A stretch of DNA of 63,818 bases, the filler included, from Sphacelaria rigidula (taxonomy: Eukaryota), in the NCBI GenBank assembly GCA_964200075.2. It is 11 parts of 11 records of this genome, joined end to end, with 100 filler letters (N's around TTAATTAATTAA, not from the genome) between each part and the next. Parts side by side here need not be neighbours in the genome. Positions count along the whole stretch, not along the records: positions 58,109 to 63,818 come from CAXNAA020025061.1; 10 more parts are not named here. The stretch is one strand, 5' to 3'. Position 1 is the first letter of the stretch. Every line of letters starts with the position of its first letter. Positions 63,731-63,818 of this stretch are shown one piece after another. The notes beneath the pieces are model-generated. The model made no database searches, was not told the DNA's origin, and saw only the letters and a program-made list of their open reading frames with translations. A program made the translations under genes and the position numbers.

Positions 63731-63818
63731 GGTGTGTGTGTGTGTGGGGGGTGTACTCATGATCATGCTTGCCATAGTCATCAGACCATTGACCTCGCAT
63801 CCCTACAAAGCCGGGACG

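Noticed and set aside
1..63818. A multi-gene novel system spanning the window
   Set aside because: The contigs are unlinked and each holds at most one partial gene plus TEs, so no co-located gene set can be supported.

Overview
This window is not one locus. It is 11 unlinked contigs (eight of 5711 bp, then three of 5710 bp, so size-sorted) joined by artificial 100-bp spacers (N44-TTAATTAATTAA-N44). The DNA is intron-rich, repeat-rich eukaryotic nuclear sequence, most likely from a brown alga or other photosynthetic stramenopile (inferred from a red-lineage plastid rps2-tsf insertion, GT-AG multi-exon genes and the TE types). Host gene fragments: a RUN-domain protein, five exons of a GH38 alpha-mannosidase, a seven-exon unknown protein with a ~2 kb acidic exon, and a single-pass membrane protein with micro-exons. 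The rest is mostly mobile DNA: four Ty3/Gypsy relics, an RTE-like LINE split by a solo LTR, many LINE 3' ends with oligo(C) tails, a tRNA-derived SINE family, several MITE/foldback families and a probable decayed intron-containing Academ/DUF6589-like transposase. I see no intact multi-gene novel system, and none could be inferred across spacers. The best leads are a Gypsy integrase with chromodomain plus a PWWP/Tudor-like tail, the Academ-like transposase, oligo(C)-tailed LINEs and a Gag with a CCCH finger. All domain calls come from reading motifs by eye and need HMM confirmation.
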